DNA of 63,267 nt, filler included, from Thraustochytrium aureum (GCA_012862495.1; 5 parts of 2 records of this genome joined end to end with filler, not necessarily neighbours in it), one strand, 5' to 3'. Positions 37,401 through 49,891 are shown, counted from the first letter of the whole stretch. Made by a program: numbers and translations. Notes: generated by a model from the sequence alone, not told the origin.

Positions 37401-37738
37401 NNNNNNNNNNNNNNNNNNNNNNNNNNNNNNNNNNNNNNNNNNNNNNNNNNNNNNNNNNNNNNNNNNNNNNNNNNNNNNNNNNNNNNNNNNNNNNNNNNNN
37501 NNNNNNNNNNNNNNNNNNNNNNNNNNNNNNNNNNNNNNNNNNNNNNNNNNNNNNNNNNNNNNNNNNNNNNNNNNNNNNNNNNNNNNNNNNNNNNNNNNNN
37601 NNNNNNNNNNNNNNNNNNNNNNNNNNNNNNNNNNNNNNNNNNNNNNNNNNNNNNNNNNNNNNNNNNNNNNNNNNNNNNNNNNNNNNNNNNNNNNNNNNNN
37701 NNNNNNNNNNNNNNNNNNNNNNNNNNNNNNNNNNNNNA

Positions 37739-40229
37739 GAACGGCCTCGGCAAGCTTGGCGACGCGAAGAACGTCGTCAACAAAAGCAGCCTTCGAAGTG
37801 TACTGCAGAGCCCACACCTTGTCTCTGACGTGGATCATGTTGGTCGGGGCGCCAGCCTTGACTAAATTGTCCCATGCCGCTTGGGCGCCCTTCGGCAGGT
37901 CATCTTTCGCGATGTCGACAAGAAAGAGCTGACACAGGTGCTCGTGCCCGTTCACAACGCGGCTCCAAGCGCGATGCAAAACTTTGGCAAACGTAACTGC
38001 TGGGAGGGCGTCGTGGACCCGCTCTTCGACGGCGGCGCCAGCGCAGTGAGAGCAACGGAAATAGCCGCGTTTCTCGGGCCGCGTGATCAGTCGCGGAAAG
38101 ACGGCCACTTTGCCGTCAAAGACCGGTCGCGGATGAGTCGCGTGCTTGGAGCACAGCGCAGTCGGGCACGAAACGCACCTCAAGAACCCGGATGGGCGAG
38201 AGCTCGAGCTAGCGCCATTGGAGGCACTTGCCTCCTTGGCCCTTGCCGGTCCGCCCTTGTCGCGCCCCCCCCGCGGCGTCAATTTGGTCCCCGAGCCTGG
38301 GGGTCCGGCGAATTCAGCAATAACGTGCAGAAGCGTTCCAGAGCTGGGGGGGGGCGCCCGACGCGAGCCTTTAGTTGTCGTCGGCGGCGTCGCTGCGTTT
38401 GCGGGTGCGGCTGCGAAGGGTGCAAACGATGCCGAGGAGGACGAGGAGATGGAGTTGGAGCGGCGCGTCGACGCCAGGGGGGAGCTTGGAGCACCAGGAA
38501 ACGTCGGCTCGGCAGTGGCGCATACGGCGCATGTGTGCCATGGGCAAAACCAAGACTCGTCGTCGTCTTGCGCAGTTTCGATGGGCCAAACGTCACCGCC
38601 ACACAGGCAGTACTTGTGATAAGCCCTTGGGCATCCGGGAAAGTCGCAGATGATGAGCGTCCCACCGTCCTTGCAGACAAAGCAAAAGTCGTCGCTGTTG
38701 TCCTTGATCGGTCCTTGCGGCCTGTTCCAGCCCTCGACGTCTATCGGCGGGGTCCCGGCGCGCAACGTCTGGCTTGCCACCGACTCGTCCAAAGACTGGT
38801 GCGGGCCAAGACGCGCGCCTCCAGCAAGACGCTGCTTTTTCCGCTTCGATGCGGGCTGCGCCTGCCCCGAAGCGGAGGAGGGAAGTGGCGACTCTGTTCG
38901 AGGCGCGCTTGGCCGCGCGCCGGGCAGCGGCGCGTTGCCCAGTGAGGAGCTGGCGCCATTGCTTTGCTTGCGCTTGGCAGCCACGCTCTTCAGTTTGCGC
39001 TGAGCCTTCTCTTCCAGCTCGACGCGCGCTTTGACCGTGACTGGTGCGTCGCGCTGACATTCCGCGCAAAACCAGGACGGGTCGCGTTCGTTGTCGAAGC
39101 CGTTGACGAGGAGACCATCCTTCACCGAGCACTTGGCGTGGACGAGAACAAGACATCTCTCGCACACCATCGCCTCGTCTGTCCCGGGCTGCGCGGGGGC
39201 GTCCTCGAAGCTGCCATTGCGCGTGATTTGGACGGCGAGGTCGCAGGTTTTGCAAACAGCTGGGGCGTCTTGGTGCAACTTGCGCAAAATGATCTCGTCC
39301 GCCTTCTCGATGCCCATCTCGAACTGCTTGCCGCGCAGCTTGCTCGTGCATCGATCAAAGTTTTCGGCAAAGTCGAGAATGTCGGCGTCTTTGACGATCC
39401 CTTTGCTGTTGCTTCCGAGGAAGATCACGGGCGTGATGGGTGCTTTGCCGTATTTGTTTTGCGCTTTGGCAAGAGAGACGCCGTCCACGCGCTCCATCTC
39501 CTCCACCTCTCGCGGCGTGCACTTGATGGAGGGCCAGAAGGGGTGCGAGGAGAACTTGGCCCAAAACACCTCCCCCTTGTACGGGTCTGGCCCCAGGGCG
39601 ACACGAACGGCCTCCTTCGTGTCTTTGGGCGCTCTGCTGCTCGCGGCTTTGCTCGATTTCTTGCCGGCGCTGTGCGCAGCGCCGGGTGGCTCGCGCTCGT
39701 TGACTTGGCGGTACTCGGTGAAGAGCTCGGGCGGAGCGCGCTTTCGCTTCGGCCGCGTGCTACTCCCGGGGGTGTCGCGGTTTGCTTCGTCCGTGCCTTC
39801 TCGTCGCATCGCAGCGGACTCTGGCGTCCCCGCTGGCGTCGCTGGCGCCTCGGCTCCGTCTATTCGGTCATTGGGCCCCGCCGCGGGGACCCTTTTGGGC
39901 GCGTCGAAAAACTTTGGATACCTTGGTTCGTGTTGCAGACTGGGGTTGGCGGATGTTGTCGGCGCGGCAGGAGCACCATTCGTTGCACTTGTTGCAGCAG
40001 CAGCAGCGCGGCGGCGGTCCCGCCTTTCGCGTGCTTTTGCGAGGACCCCATGTCTTTCGCCCCGCCTTGGTGGTTGCCGCGGTCCCAAAGGCCGTCGTAG
40101 AAAAGAACAGACCCGCGGTGCTTGACCACCTTGTGCAACCACGTTGGCGCGCGGGCCAGGCCGCTCTACCCCAGCCTCGCCGCGCGAGCGTGCGTGCGTG
40201 CCAACAGCGCAACAGCCTCCGCTTCCCAA
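37739..40229 (-). CDS. Chromatin reader: PWWP + PHD + NSD-type PHD/C5HCH + degenerate bromodomain; start uncertain, 3' end in gap
   Basis: PWWP GEVFWAKFSSHPFWPS. PHD CKTC...CERC...HAKC...WFCAEC. DDFCFVCKDGGTLIICDFPGCPRAYHKYCL...WFCPWHTCAVC...RCVSCPTALCSKH. Bromo-like PTNMIHVRDKVWALQYTSKAAFVDDVLRV. Confidence 0.85.
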
Positions 40230-41143
40230 ACTCGTTGCCAGCCGGCTGCGCGAAAACTTGCGGTCGCGACGGCGGAGCCAAGGCTTTNNNNNNNNNNNNN
40301 NNNNNNNNNNNNNNNNNNNNNNNNNNNNNNNNNNNNNNNNNNNNNNNNNNNNNNNNNNNNNNNNNNNNNNNNNNNNNNNNNNNNNNNNNNNNNNNNNNNN
40401 NNNNNNNNNNNNNNNNNNNNNNNNNNNNNNNNNNNNNNNNNNNNNNNNNNNNNNNNNNNNNNNNNNNNNNNNNNNNNNNNNNNNNNNNNNNNNNNNNNNN
40501 NNNNNNNNNNNNNNNNNNNNNNNNNNNNNNNNNNNNNNNNNNNNNNNNNNNNNNNNNNNNNNNNNNNNNNNNNNNNNNNNNNNNNNNNNNNNNNNNNNNN
40601 NNNNNNNNNNNNNNNNNNNNNNNNNNNNNNNNNNNNNNNNNNNNNNNNNNNNNNNNNNNNNNNNNNNNNNNNNNNNNNNNNNNNNNNNNNNNNNNNNNNN
40701 NNNNNNNNNNNNNNNNNNNNNNNNNNNNNNNNNNNNNNNNNNNNNNNNNNNNNNNNNNNNNNNNNNNNNNNNNNNNNNNNNNNNNNNNNNNNNNNNNNNN
40801 NNNNNNNNNNNNNNNNNNNNNNNNNNNNNNNNNNNNNNNNNNNNNNNNNNNNNNNNNNNNNNNNNNNNNNNNNNNNNNNNNNNNNNNNNNNNNNNNNNNN
40901 NNNNNNNNNNNNNNNNNNNNNNNNNNNNNNNNNNNNNNNNNNNNNNNNNNNNNNNNNNNNNNNNNNNNNNNNNNNNNNNNNNNNNNNNNNNNNNNNNNNN
41001 NNNNNNNNNNNNNNNNNNNNNNNNNNNNNNNNNNNNNNNNNNNNNNNNNNNNNNNNNNNNNNNNNNNNNNNNNNNNNNNNNNNNNNNNNNNNNNNNNNNN
41101 NNNNNNNNNNNNNNNNNNNNNNNNNNNNNNNNNNNNNNNNNNN

Positions 41144-42154
41144 GCCAGGCGCGGCACAGTCCTCGCCGAAGGAGACAACTCCGATTTGCTCAAAGTCCTC
41201 GCCAACCTTGAGGAACAGCGGACCGCCACTGTCGCCTTGGCACGAGTCCTTGCCCCCCTCTGGATATCCGGCGCAGACCTGCGTATCGTCATTGATGTTT
41301 CCGTATGCGGCAACGCACGACGAGTGGGATGTGATCGGGACGGTCACCTCGCGGAGCTGCTTGGGGCCGACGCGGTAAAGCGGCTCGCCGCCAGTCCGCG
41401 CCGCTTCTGTGCATTCTGGGACATAGCAAGAGTAGTCGTTGCGTCCGCAAGTGCAACTCTTGCCAAACGAACAGAGCCCCTGCCCGCACGCCATGCCACA
41501 CAACGAGCAGGACTTGAACGACAACTGCCTTACCAACTCATCCTGGCAAATGGTCTCGTCGCATCCGAAGAAGCCGTTCAGGCAACGTGTCGGCGAGCTG
41601 CATGGCACGTTGCACTTGAGACACGAGTATTCGTCCACTGGGGTGGTATAGTTGAGCTCGTTCATGTGCACGAGGCCCCAGCCGGCGACGACTGCTTCCG
41701 TGCCGACCTCTGTTTTTTCGGTGGAGTTGTGGATCTTGATGGGCTGGACGCCTTTGACCGGCGCGATCCTGATGAGTCCAATGTCGTTCCTGAGGGTATC
41801 AGAGTCGTACCCTGGGTGAACGACGACTTGCAGCGCTCTGGCCCGAATGCCGTCGTTGCTCGACAACCTGGACAAGGAGGTCACGTTGAGCAACACGTAG
41901 AGGGTTGTGGAGGTGTCCTCCAAGCAGTGCGCTGCTGTAAGGACCCATTCCGGCGAGATCAGCGCGCCTCCGCAAAAGTGCGAGTACTGCTCCTGGCCCA
42001 AGACTTCCGCTGGAAGGTAGTCCTGCACGCTGACGAGCCACGGCATGGAGAGCGAGTTGACGGGGCTGCCTCCGATGATTCTCGCTCCACGTCCGTGCGC
42101 GCCCGCCGTGCCAGCTGCGGCAAGCGCGCCGACAAGCAAGCGCGCCGTCTTCAT
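41144..42154 (-). CDS. Secreted trypsin-like serine protease (S1A) with Cys-rich insertion; 3' end in gap
   Basis: Signal peptide, activation site R|IIGG, LTAAHC, NDIGLI, GKDSCQGDSGGP (Asp189-type S1 pocket), IGVVSFG. Confidence 0.95.
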
Positions 42155-43620
42155 CCTCCTGTCGCTCTCGTCCCGCTGCCTTGCAAGCGAGCAAAGGGCT
42201 CGCTTTCAAACGCCGAGCGCAGCCTGCTCACTGTGTACTGCCAGCGCGTCGAGTTCGAGCACACCTCGACTTTCAAGAATTCGTGCGTTCTAGCACCGGT
42301 ATGACGGCAAATAATGCAACCTGGCTGAGGCCCGTTCGGAGCAGCCCATGCTTCACCCGAGCGCGAGAGTATGTACACAATGCGACCCCCTCGCCCGCGC
42401 GTGCGCATGGAAGGTTGGAGTGCAGATGGCGAGGGCTGCTGCGGCGTGCCGCGGGGAGCGCCGACACTGACACCAAGCTGACACCGCCGTGGCCAGTGCC
42501 AGCACAGGGGCCTGGCGCCGTTTGAACCTGTTCTGAAACTGAAGACGTCGAACTCGCATTCGCCAGTGGTTGTCCACGGCTGTCAATGATCAGCGCGACC
42601 TGGAACAAGAACGGCCGAGTGAGCACGAGATGAAGCGAGATGGGCAGGCTCGGACGGGCAACGCAGCCAGGCTGGGACGAAGCAGACAGCAACCCTGCGA
42701 GCCCACGAGCACCACTGCGGCATGAACAGGAAGCTGCTACATGCCGGTACCTCACGAAAAACACGGTGAAACCGGCCCTCAGCGGCCAGGCAGGCATGTC
42801 GGCGGCCAGCCTCGGGCAGCCAGGTTCAAGTTCAAATGATTGCTACAGCGTCGCCAACGCGTTGGGTTTTCACGCGCCAGGGTGGCTGGCTGGTCCTATC
42901 TATCCCTCTGCTAGTCCCGTGAAAAATGCCCAAGTGCGGACAATCCTCGCGCTGCAGAGAAAGCATCCCGTGGCGGCGCTGCAAAATGTTTGCGACAGAA
43001 CTGCCCTGGAGAAAGAGCAGACAGACCTAAACCCGAGTCCAGNNNNNNNNNNNNNNNNNNNNNNNNNNNNNNNNNNNNNNNNNNNNNNNNNNNNNNNNNN
43101 NNNNNNNNNNNNNNNNNNNNNNNNNNNNNNNNNNNNNNNNNNNNNNNNNNNNNNNNNNNNNNNNNNNNNNNNNNNNNNNNNNNNNNNNNNNNNNNNNNNN
43201 NNNNNNNNNNNNNNNNNNNNNNNNNNNNNNNNNNNNNNNNNNNNNNNNNNNNNNNNNNNNNNNNNNNNNNNNNNNNNNNNNNNNNNNNNNNNNNNNNNNN
43301 NNNNNNNNNNNNNNNNNNNNNNNNNNNNNNNNNNNNNNNNNNNNNNNNNNNNNNNNNNNNNNNNNNNNNNNNNNNNNNNNNNNNNNNNNAGACCTAAACC
43401 CGAGTCCAGATCCCCAACAAAGCACGAGCTCGCCCGCCCGCCCGCCCGCCCGCTCGCTCGCCAGGCCTCCAGGCATCCAGTCGCGCATCGAGGCGCGCCA
43501 GAGCGCCCGCCGGGCAGTCGGCTCCGGGACAGCGGCCGTGCCACTTGTCCGGGTTGGTCGTTGTCGCACGGACGGCAAGGAACTCGGCCTGTGCACGGTG
43601 CGCGCGAGGGACGCGCCAGG

Positions 43621-44847
43621 ATGGGAGCGCCGCCGGCGAAGGTCCGCGATGGGTACGACCCCAACGTGCTGCAAAAGGTGGCGATCGCGGTGTGGGAGCA
43701 GGTGTTTTGCGTCTGGCTCGTGATCTCGACCGCCGTGCCGTTCTTGCTGGACATCCTCTACTGCAACACGGTCCAGCCCGCCAAAGACAGGCTGCCCAGC
43801 AGCATCGGCGATCTGCTCGACCCGAAGGTCTTCTCCAGGTTGAGTGGGCGCCCCGTGAGCAAGGTCGAGTACTCGGCGCGATTGGAGCAGCACGCAAACA
43901 GCACTGACCGCGCCTGGTTTCGCGTCAAGTATGACGACGAGGACCAGGACTCGTATGTGTTTGCCAAGGTGCACGCGCGCACATTTCTGGTCCGTGCGCT
44001 CATGAGCATGTTTGACGTGTACCGCAACGAGCTGCACACGTATGCGGCGGTGAAAATGCCTGTGCTGACGCCGAGCGTGCACATCGCCAAATGGTCGCGC
44101 AGCAGGTTTTGCCTCGCCATGGAGGACCTGCGTCATCAAAAAGTCGAGTTTCCCAACCTATGGGAGACCGAAGTGGACAAGAAGCTCGCCCAGCAAGTCT
44201 TGTCGACGCTTGCCAAGATCCACGCCAAGTTTTGGCAAAACGTGCCCCACGGGGCGTGGGACGACCACAACCGCCCCTACAAAGCCAAGGTGATGGGTCT
44301 TTACACGCTGTACAACGTCGAAAAGCGCTGCCCGGGGCTCATTCCCGAAGACATCCACAAGGTGTTCACCACGGCGGTGTGGCACTGGGACAAGATCCGC
44401 GCCTTTTACAGCCGTCCTGGAGCCAAGACAATGGTTCACGGCGACACGCACATGGGCAACTTCTTCATCACCAAGGACAAGGCCGTGGGCACCTTCGACT
44501 TTCAGGTCAAGGCGGAGGAGCACCCGATGCGCGATGTGACCTACTTCCTCTGCAGCAGCTACCCGGCCGAAAACCTTGCTGCGGACGAGAAAGAGCTCAT
44601 CCAGTTCTACCTGGGCGAGTTGGAAAAGTTCGGAGTGCCGAAGGACCGGGTTCCTTCTTTTGACGAGTGCTGGCTGCAGTACCGCATGCACTGCTTTTAC
44701 GCCATGTACGCGTTCGTGTTCTCTGGTGGGTTTGCAGACCTCATGGACCAGACGCAGAGCCGCTACGGCATCGGTCGGATCGTGGAGCAGATGCGCAGGG
44801 TCGATGCTGCTGGTGCCCTGTACGACTTGCTCGACGGCAAGATCTAG
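43621..44847 (+). CDS. Ecdysteroid kinase-like / APH-choline kinase family phosphotransferase with N-terminal hydrophobic helix
   Basis: FAK, YRNE...Y, LAMEDL, LAKIHAKFW, TMVHGDTHMGNFF (Brenner motif), FDFQ, RDVTYFL. Confidence 0.88.
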   Translation: MGAPPAKVRDGYDPNVLQKVAIAVWEQVFCVWLVISTAVPFLLDILYCNTVQPAKDRLPSSIGDLLDPKVFSRLSGRPVSKVEYSARLEQHANSTDRAWFRVKYDDEDQDSYVFAKVHARTFLVRALMSMFDVYRNELHTYAAVKMPVLTPSVHIAKWSRSRFCLAMEDLRHQKVEFPNLWETEVDKKLAQQVLSTLAKIHAKFWQNVPHGAWDDHNRPYKAKVMGLYTLYNVEKRCPGLIPEDIHKVFTTAVWHWDKIRAFYSRPGAKTMVHGDTHMGNFFITKDKAVGTFDFQVKAEEHPMRDVTYFLCSSYPAENLAADEKELIQFYLGELEKFGVPKDRVPSFDECWLQYRMHCFYAMYAFVFSGGFADLMDQTQSRYGIGRIVEQMRRVDAAGALYDLLDGKI

Positions 44848-44964
44848 CTCTAGAGCTTGAGCGTGCTCGAGCTCTGCTGTGGGCTTGCGCTGGGGCATAC
44901 GTCTGTGAGATGGGGCGGGTTGGCGGCTGTTGTCGCCGTAGCCTTTTCCTTCTGCTACCGTTAC

Positions 44965-45064
44965 NNNNNNNNNNNNNNNNNNNNNNNNNNNNNNNNNNNN
45001 NNNNNNNNTTAATTAATTAANNNNNNNNNNNNNNNNNNNNNNNNNNNNNNNNNNNNNNNNNNNN
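44965..45064. other. Artificial contig spacer N44-TTAATTAATTAA-N44
   Basis: Linker at 45009-45020. Confidence 0.95.
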
Positions 45065-45159
45065 ACAGGCAGAGTCGCTCGCAGGTCGGCAGCGCAGGTA
45101 GCCAGGTCGCGTTTCTTGCGGGCGGGGCGAGGCTGGGGCGCAGCTGGGGCGAAAGCGGG

Positions 45160-45487
45160 ATGAGCAGGCGGGCGTGGGCGGTGTTTGGGGCCTCGTGCGC
45201 GTTCACGACGGCGAGCGTGGCCTACGTCCACTGGCAGCAGGAGAATGACCGCGTGGTGAGTTCGGCGTCCTGGGCGCAGTGAGGAAGGAGGGGGGCGGGT
45301 CGCCAGGCCGGCGTGCTGACGGGTGCCGACGCGGGCGAAGACCATGCACAAGAGCGTGCTGAGGGATATCGAAGCTGAGGAGGCAGAGAAGGCTTTCAGC
45401 CGCACGGGCGAGGCCGCGCAAGGCGGCACCGAGTCGTGCGAGTCAGGGCTATGCGACCTCAAGCAGAGCCGCATCCGCACTGACTAG
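45160..45487 (+). CDS. PET117: PET117-like cytochrome c oxidase assembly factor, 80 aa; join(45160..45255,45341..45487)
   Basis: MSRRAWAVFGASCAFTTASVAYVHWQQENDRV|TMHKSVLRDIEAEE... fits the PET117 pattern (TM helix, VH..Q..D...MH.GV.RD.E). 85-bp intron GTGAGT...GCTGAC...AG. Confidence 0.82.
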
Positions 45488-45812
45488 CTGCAAGGCTGCC
45501 GCAAGCGCTCGACGCGAGGCGCCGTTGTCGTCGATTCGGCCCTTTGGCCCGTCCGTTCCGTTCCGTTCCGTTCCGTTCGGAGCGAAGGCAGGCTCGACCT
45601 GAAGTAGCGCAGGACGAGGGCGCAGATTTGGAAGTGGTCCTGCAGGATCACCCAGAGCTAGTAGTAGAGAGGGAACTCGTAGAGGGCAAGGCAAACGAAA
45701 CCATCGCGCAAAAAACATGCTCATCTCAATTCTACCTTTTACCCGAACGCCACAACGCGGCGACGACCCGTCCAGAGGACTAGCTTTCCAAGCGGCGGCA
45801 ACAGAGCCGAGC

Positions 45813-48800
45813 TCACCGCTTGAGCTTGATCATGGCGGTGTTGGTCATCTTCGTGATCTTATCCAGCGTCTTCCTCATCCTCTTGCTGGCAAACATCTTG
45901 TCGATCTTTTTCCTCGCGTACTCGGGCTTCTTCCATTTGTACGGGTCTTCGGGAATAAGATCAAGCTCTGGGGGCTCAATTTCACGCGACCTGGCCTCGT
46001 TCCTCACGACGCTTACCCAACGCTCGTCGAGCGGCATGTCCAAGCGCTTGAGGAGCCGCAACAGCTCAAAAGACTCCTCCATGCGGCCCTGCGATGCCAG
46101 CGCAGACATGGCTCCTCCGATTATGTCTGGATGAACGTTCTCGGGCCCCCCGTAGAGTCCCGCGACCTCGTCCATGAAGGCCTTTGCTTCGTCGGCCCGC
46201 CTGGCCCGCGCCAGCATTCGTGCGATAGTCACGTACGACTCCATGTCAGGCGCGACACCGTACTTGGGAAAGACCTCACGGAGGAGCTCCTGGGCACGCC
46301 GCAGCCGCAGTCCTGAGGCAGAAACGCTCATCAAGGCGTTGAGCGTCGAAGCGTCCGGGGCTATCCCTGCGCCGCTGACCATCTCGTCGAAAAACGCTTG
46401 CGCGCTCGCGTAAACATCGACGGGTTGGTCCGCTTCAGTGAAACCCAGGTTCGCCGGGTCCTCGTACAAGCCGAACTCGCCGCGCGGGAGTATATCGCCA
46501 ACCTCGCCGTACCGGAATTTGTCGATACGGTCGTCCTGCGTCCCAGGGACCGGTACAACGCGGAGGACGGGGTCGCTGCGCACGTCCTCGCCCGGGAACA
46601 AGGCCAACTCGTCCAGCGGGTCCTTGGTTTTTAGGTGCTCCGGGATGTCGACGTGGAGTACGCTGTGGGCCGAACTGCCCAAGTCCTTGTGCTCGACTGT
46701 GAAAACGTTGCCCGAGTCGTTGAGATTGAAAGCGGTCTCCAAAAACGGATCATGGAAGGGCAGCGCAGGCTTGTTCTCCGGGACGGGCTCCAGGACGGGT
46801 TCCGGGACGTGTGAGAGCGCCAGCTGAGTCCGAGTCTCAGCAGAGTCGAGCTGCGCAGGGTTTTCCTCTGGGAGGTGGTCCAGAGCCCAAAGCGGGCTCG
46901 CTTGCGAGGTGGTCTGCGGGGCGCTCGCGAGTCTAGCCTGCGGTTCCAGAAAATGGGCGCCAAGGCCGTTGAGAGTCTGCTGCTGGCGGCCAAGGGCGCA
47001 GCGTGAGGAGCTCCTCTTCCTCTTCAAAACCGCGGATCAGGTCCTCCACCTCGCTCTCGTCCATGTCGTCATCGCCGCCGTACTTGCGCACGAGGGCCAT
47101 GACCGTCTCCGCGTCCTTGATCGACTTTTCGGAATAGGTTTTGGCCTCTGGCGCTCTTGGCGCGACCAAACCGCCAATCGCCTTTTCGTAGGCCTCGGGG
47201 TCTGCTGCCTGGCGGCGCTTGTGGGCGGCAAGGATCTCGTCCATCAAAGCCTCGTCGGCACCAGCAGGCAGCGAGAGCTTGATGTCCTCGACGCTGGTCT
47301 CGATCTCGGGAGCCGGACGCGCCTGGCGCTTGGACAGGAAATCGGGCCCGAAGCCAAGCTCTTGCGGGGAAACCATGGTGGCCCCGCGGTATTCGGGCGT
47401 GTGGGAGATTTCGTTGGCCTCGGCAGCGTCCCCCTCGTCAAGATAAGCGAGGTCGTTGAGGTCGATGTCCAAGTCGGGAAACGAAGAGTCCGGCAGGCCC
47501 CTAGCCTTCCTGGCTGCCTTGATGATCATGCGATACTCTGCCTCACGACGGCGTCCCGCATCTCCGCCTCCCGCGTGAACACCTCCTCCGCCTCTTCATG
47601 CAAGAGTTTCCGCCATCTCGGGTTGAAGAGCGTGTCCTTGGGCAAAAAGGTGAGCAACTTGATGAGCTCGCGGGCCTCGTCCACGCGCGGTGCCCGGATT
47701 TCCGGGCTCGGATCAACCGGTAGCTTGGGCTTCCGCTTCGACTGAGCAAGCGCCCTGCCGGCGTACGCCTTGAGCATGCCGTTGTAGGCCTGGCGATTCA
47801 GCTCGACTTCAGGAAACTCGTGCCGAAACGCTTCCCAGACGTGCTGCGCTCGCGCGGCGTCCCCCGTCGTCCCGCACGCGAGGAGAAGCGCAGCGAGTGT
47901 CCTTGAGTTGGGTGGCAGTTGGGTGGCTCGGAAGCGCCGAAAAACCTCGAAGGTCTTCATGGCCGTGCGACTCTGGTGCGCCGTGGCGAACATGACGTTG
48001 TGGTAGAGGTTGCGCGTGAAACGAGCCTCGTGAAATTCGGACGGCCTGGCCAGGTCGAGATTGTTTAGCGCAACCAGGTTAAGGACCTCGTTTTCGAACT
48101 CGTTCAGGAGCTGAAGTGCAGCAAAGCCATCGCGCCGAATGGCAAACATTTTGGCGCGAACGGAAGCCAGGTACGCGGTCATACGAAATCCGGAGCGGTT
48201 TCGCAACGAGTCCCACATGCGCTCCGCCCGATCGATTTCCTTGCGGTTGATGCAGCCCTCGAGTAGCACGGCAACGGTGTTCGCCCCTGGCTCAAGGCCT
48301 TTGTCGAATACGTTCGACTGCACGAAATCGGCGGCTGAGAAGGGGCCTTCCTCGCGCATTAGCATCGCCGCCGTGGAGGCGACGCTGTTTTCCTGGCGCG
48401 TCTCGCTTCGCAGGAGGGGTCGAACAACCTTGAACAGCTCCTGGGCGAGCTGGGCGTCCCCATCTCGGTTAGCTTGGATAAGACGTTCATACGCCTCCGC
48501 AACCGCGCGGATCTCGCCCCCCGGAGGCGGTGACTCGTACTTCTCTAGCACGTCTGCCGTCGCGAGGCTCTGCGCGACTTGGGCCACAATGTTCGCCCTT
48601 TCGTCTGGCGCGGCCACTGCGGCAGACAGTGCCGCGTCTCTTGCGCCATTGCCAAGCAACGAAGCGGGCTTGAAGCCAGCTTCTAGCTGCTGCGTGCGCC
48701 CCGCTGACAGCATGCGGTTTGTCTTGGCGTCAGCGTCCCTCAGAGCAGAAAAGTCGGGCTCGCGAACTAGCAGGGAGCCGAACTCGTGTGCCTCCTGGAT

Positions 48801-49433
48801 CGCGGCTTTCAGGTTTTCGGGCTTGAGAAAGTCCCGCAGCTCGCCCGACAAGACGTTCATGACGGGTTGGTTTTCTTCGCGTTTCCGCTGCCTGCCTCGC
48901 GCAGAGCCGTCTTCGCCGACGGGCCTGTTCCGGACCATGTTCTTCTCCGCCTTGGTCCGCTTCTNNNNNNNNNNNNNNNNNNNNNNNNNNNNNNNNNNNN
49001 NNNNNNNNNNNNNNNNNNNNNNNNNNNNNNNNNNNNNNNNNNNNNNNNNNNNNNNNNNNNNNNNNNNNNNNNNNNNNNNNNNNNNNGAAGACCTAAGCCA
49101 GCCTGCCCGGCGCGGGAGGCCAACGCACAGCGCACGAGCGGGCCCGCCAACGTACCTGAGCACGCTTTCGGCGTCAACGTCGGCGCCCAGCCTCGCGCGC
49201 GTGCGACCGGGCTCTGCCCAGCCACAGACTCGCACTGCTGCTCCTTTGTTCTCCCACACAGCCACCCAATCTCGATCAAATCGTTGCTCGAAGAGGAGCA
49301 AGGAGCAAGGAGCCGTCAGTCCATGGGATGGCGTCCTGCGGCGCGCAAGGGAATTCGGCCTCGATGGCGCAGCAGGGCGAATAGAACGGACGGCGCGCAC
49401 CGGCCCTCTCGGCGCAGAGATTAGTAGTCTCAC
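45813..49433 (-). CDS. Pentatricopeptide-repeat (PPR) protein, probably mitochondrial; split by frameshifts at ~47540 and ~47000; start uncertain
   Basis: PPR motifs PGANTVAVLLEGC, PNSRTLAALLLACGTTGDAARAQHVWEAF, RQAYNGMLKAYA, PDASTLNALMSV, PDMESYVTIARMLARARRADEAKAFMDEV, spread over three abutting ORFs. Confidence 0.8.
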
Positions 49434-49891
49434 CTATACTCCAGGTAGAGTTCCCGAGTAAGTTGAAGCCCCGACATCATCTTTTTGCTTCTGCACGCCG
49501 GTACTCGTTCATGGACTCGAGCAGAGTACCAGTACGAGTACTCTTCGCTACGCAGACTCATCTCACCATGTTGACCAAGAGAAGAACTGCCTTACGGCGC
49601 GCGATGGATGCGGCTGACCGAGTGGAACCTGGCCGCCTCCGAGCGAGAACGACGAAACCAAGATTTGTGCAAAAGCCACAGCAGCAGGTGCTGCAGCACT
49701 TGGCGAGCTAAAGTTAGAACTCCAGAAGCTTTCTCTAGTAGCTACTAGTACAGTACTCGTTGGAGGTAGACAGGCGAGCAGCGAATGCTCTCTCTCCTCG
49801 CGCGGCATCGATGGATGGCGCACCAACCATCCTGGTACTATAGTCTAAGCGAGAAAAGGCCGCGCATGCCGAGTCCCAGAGGAAGCGCGCA

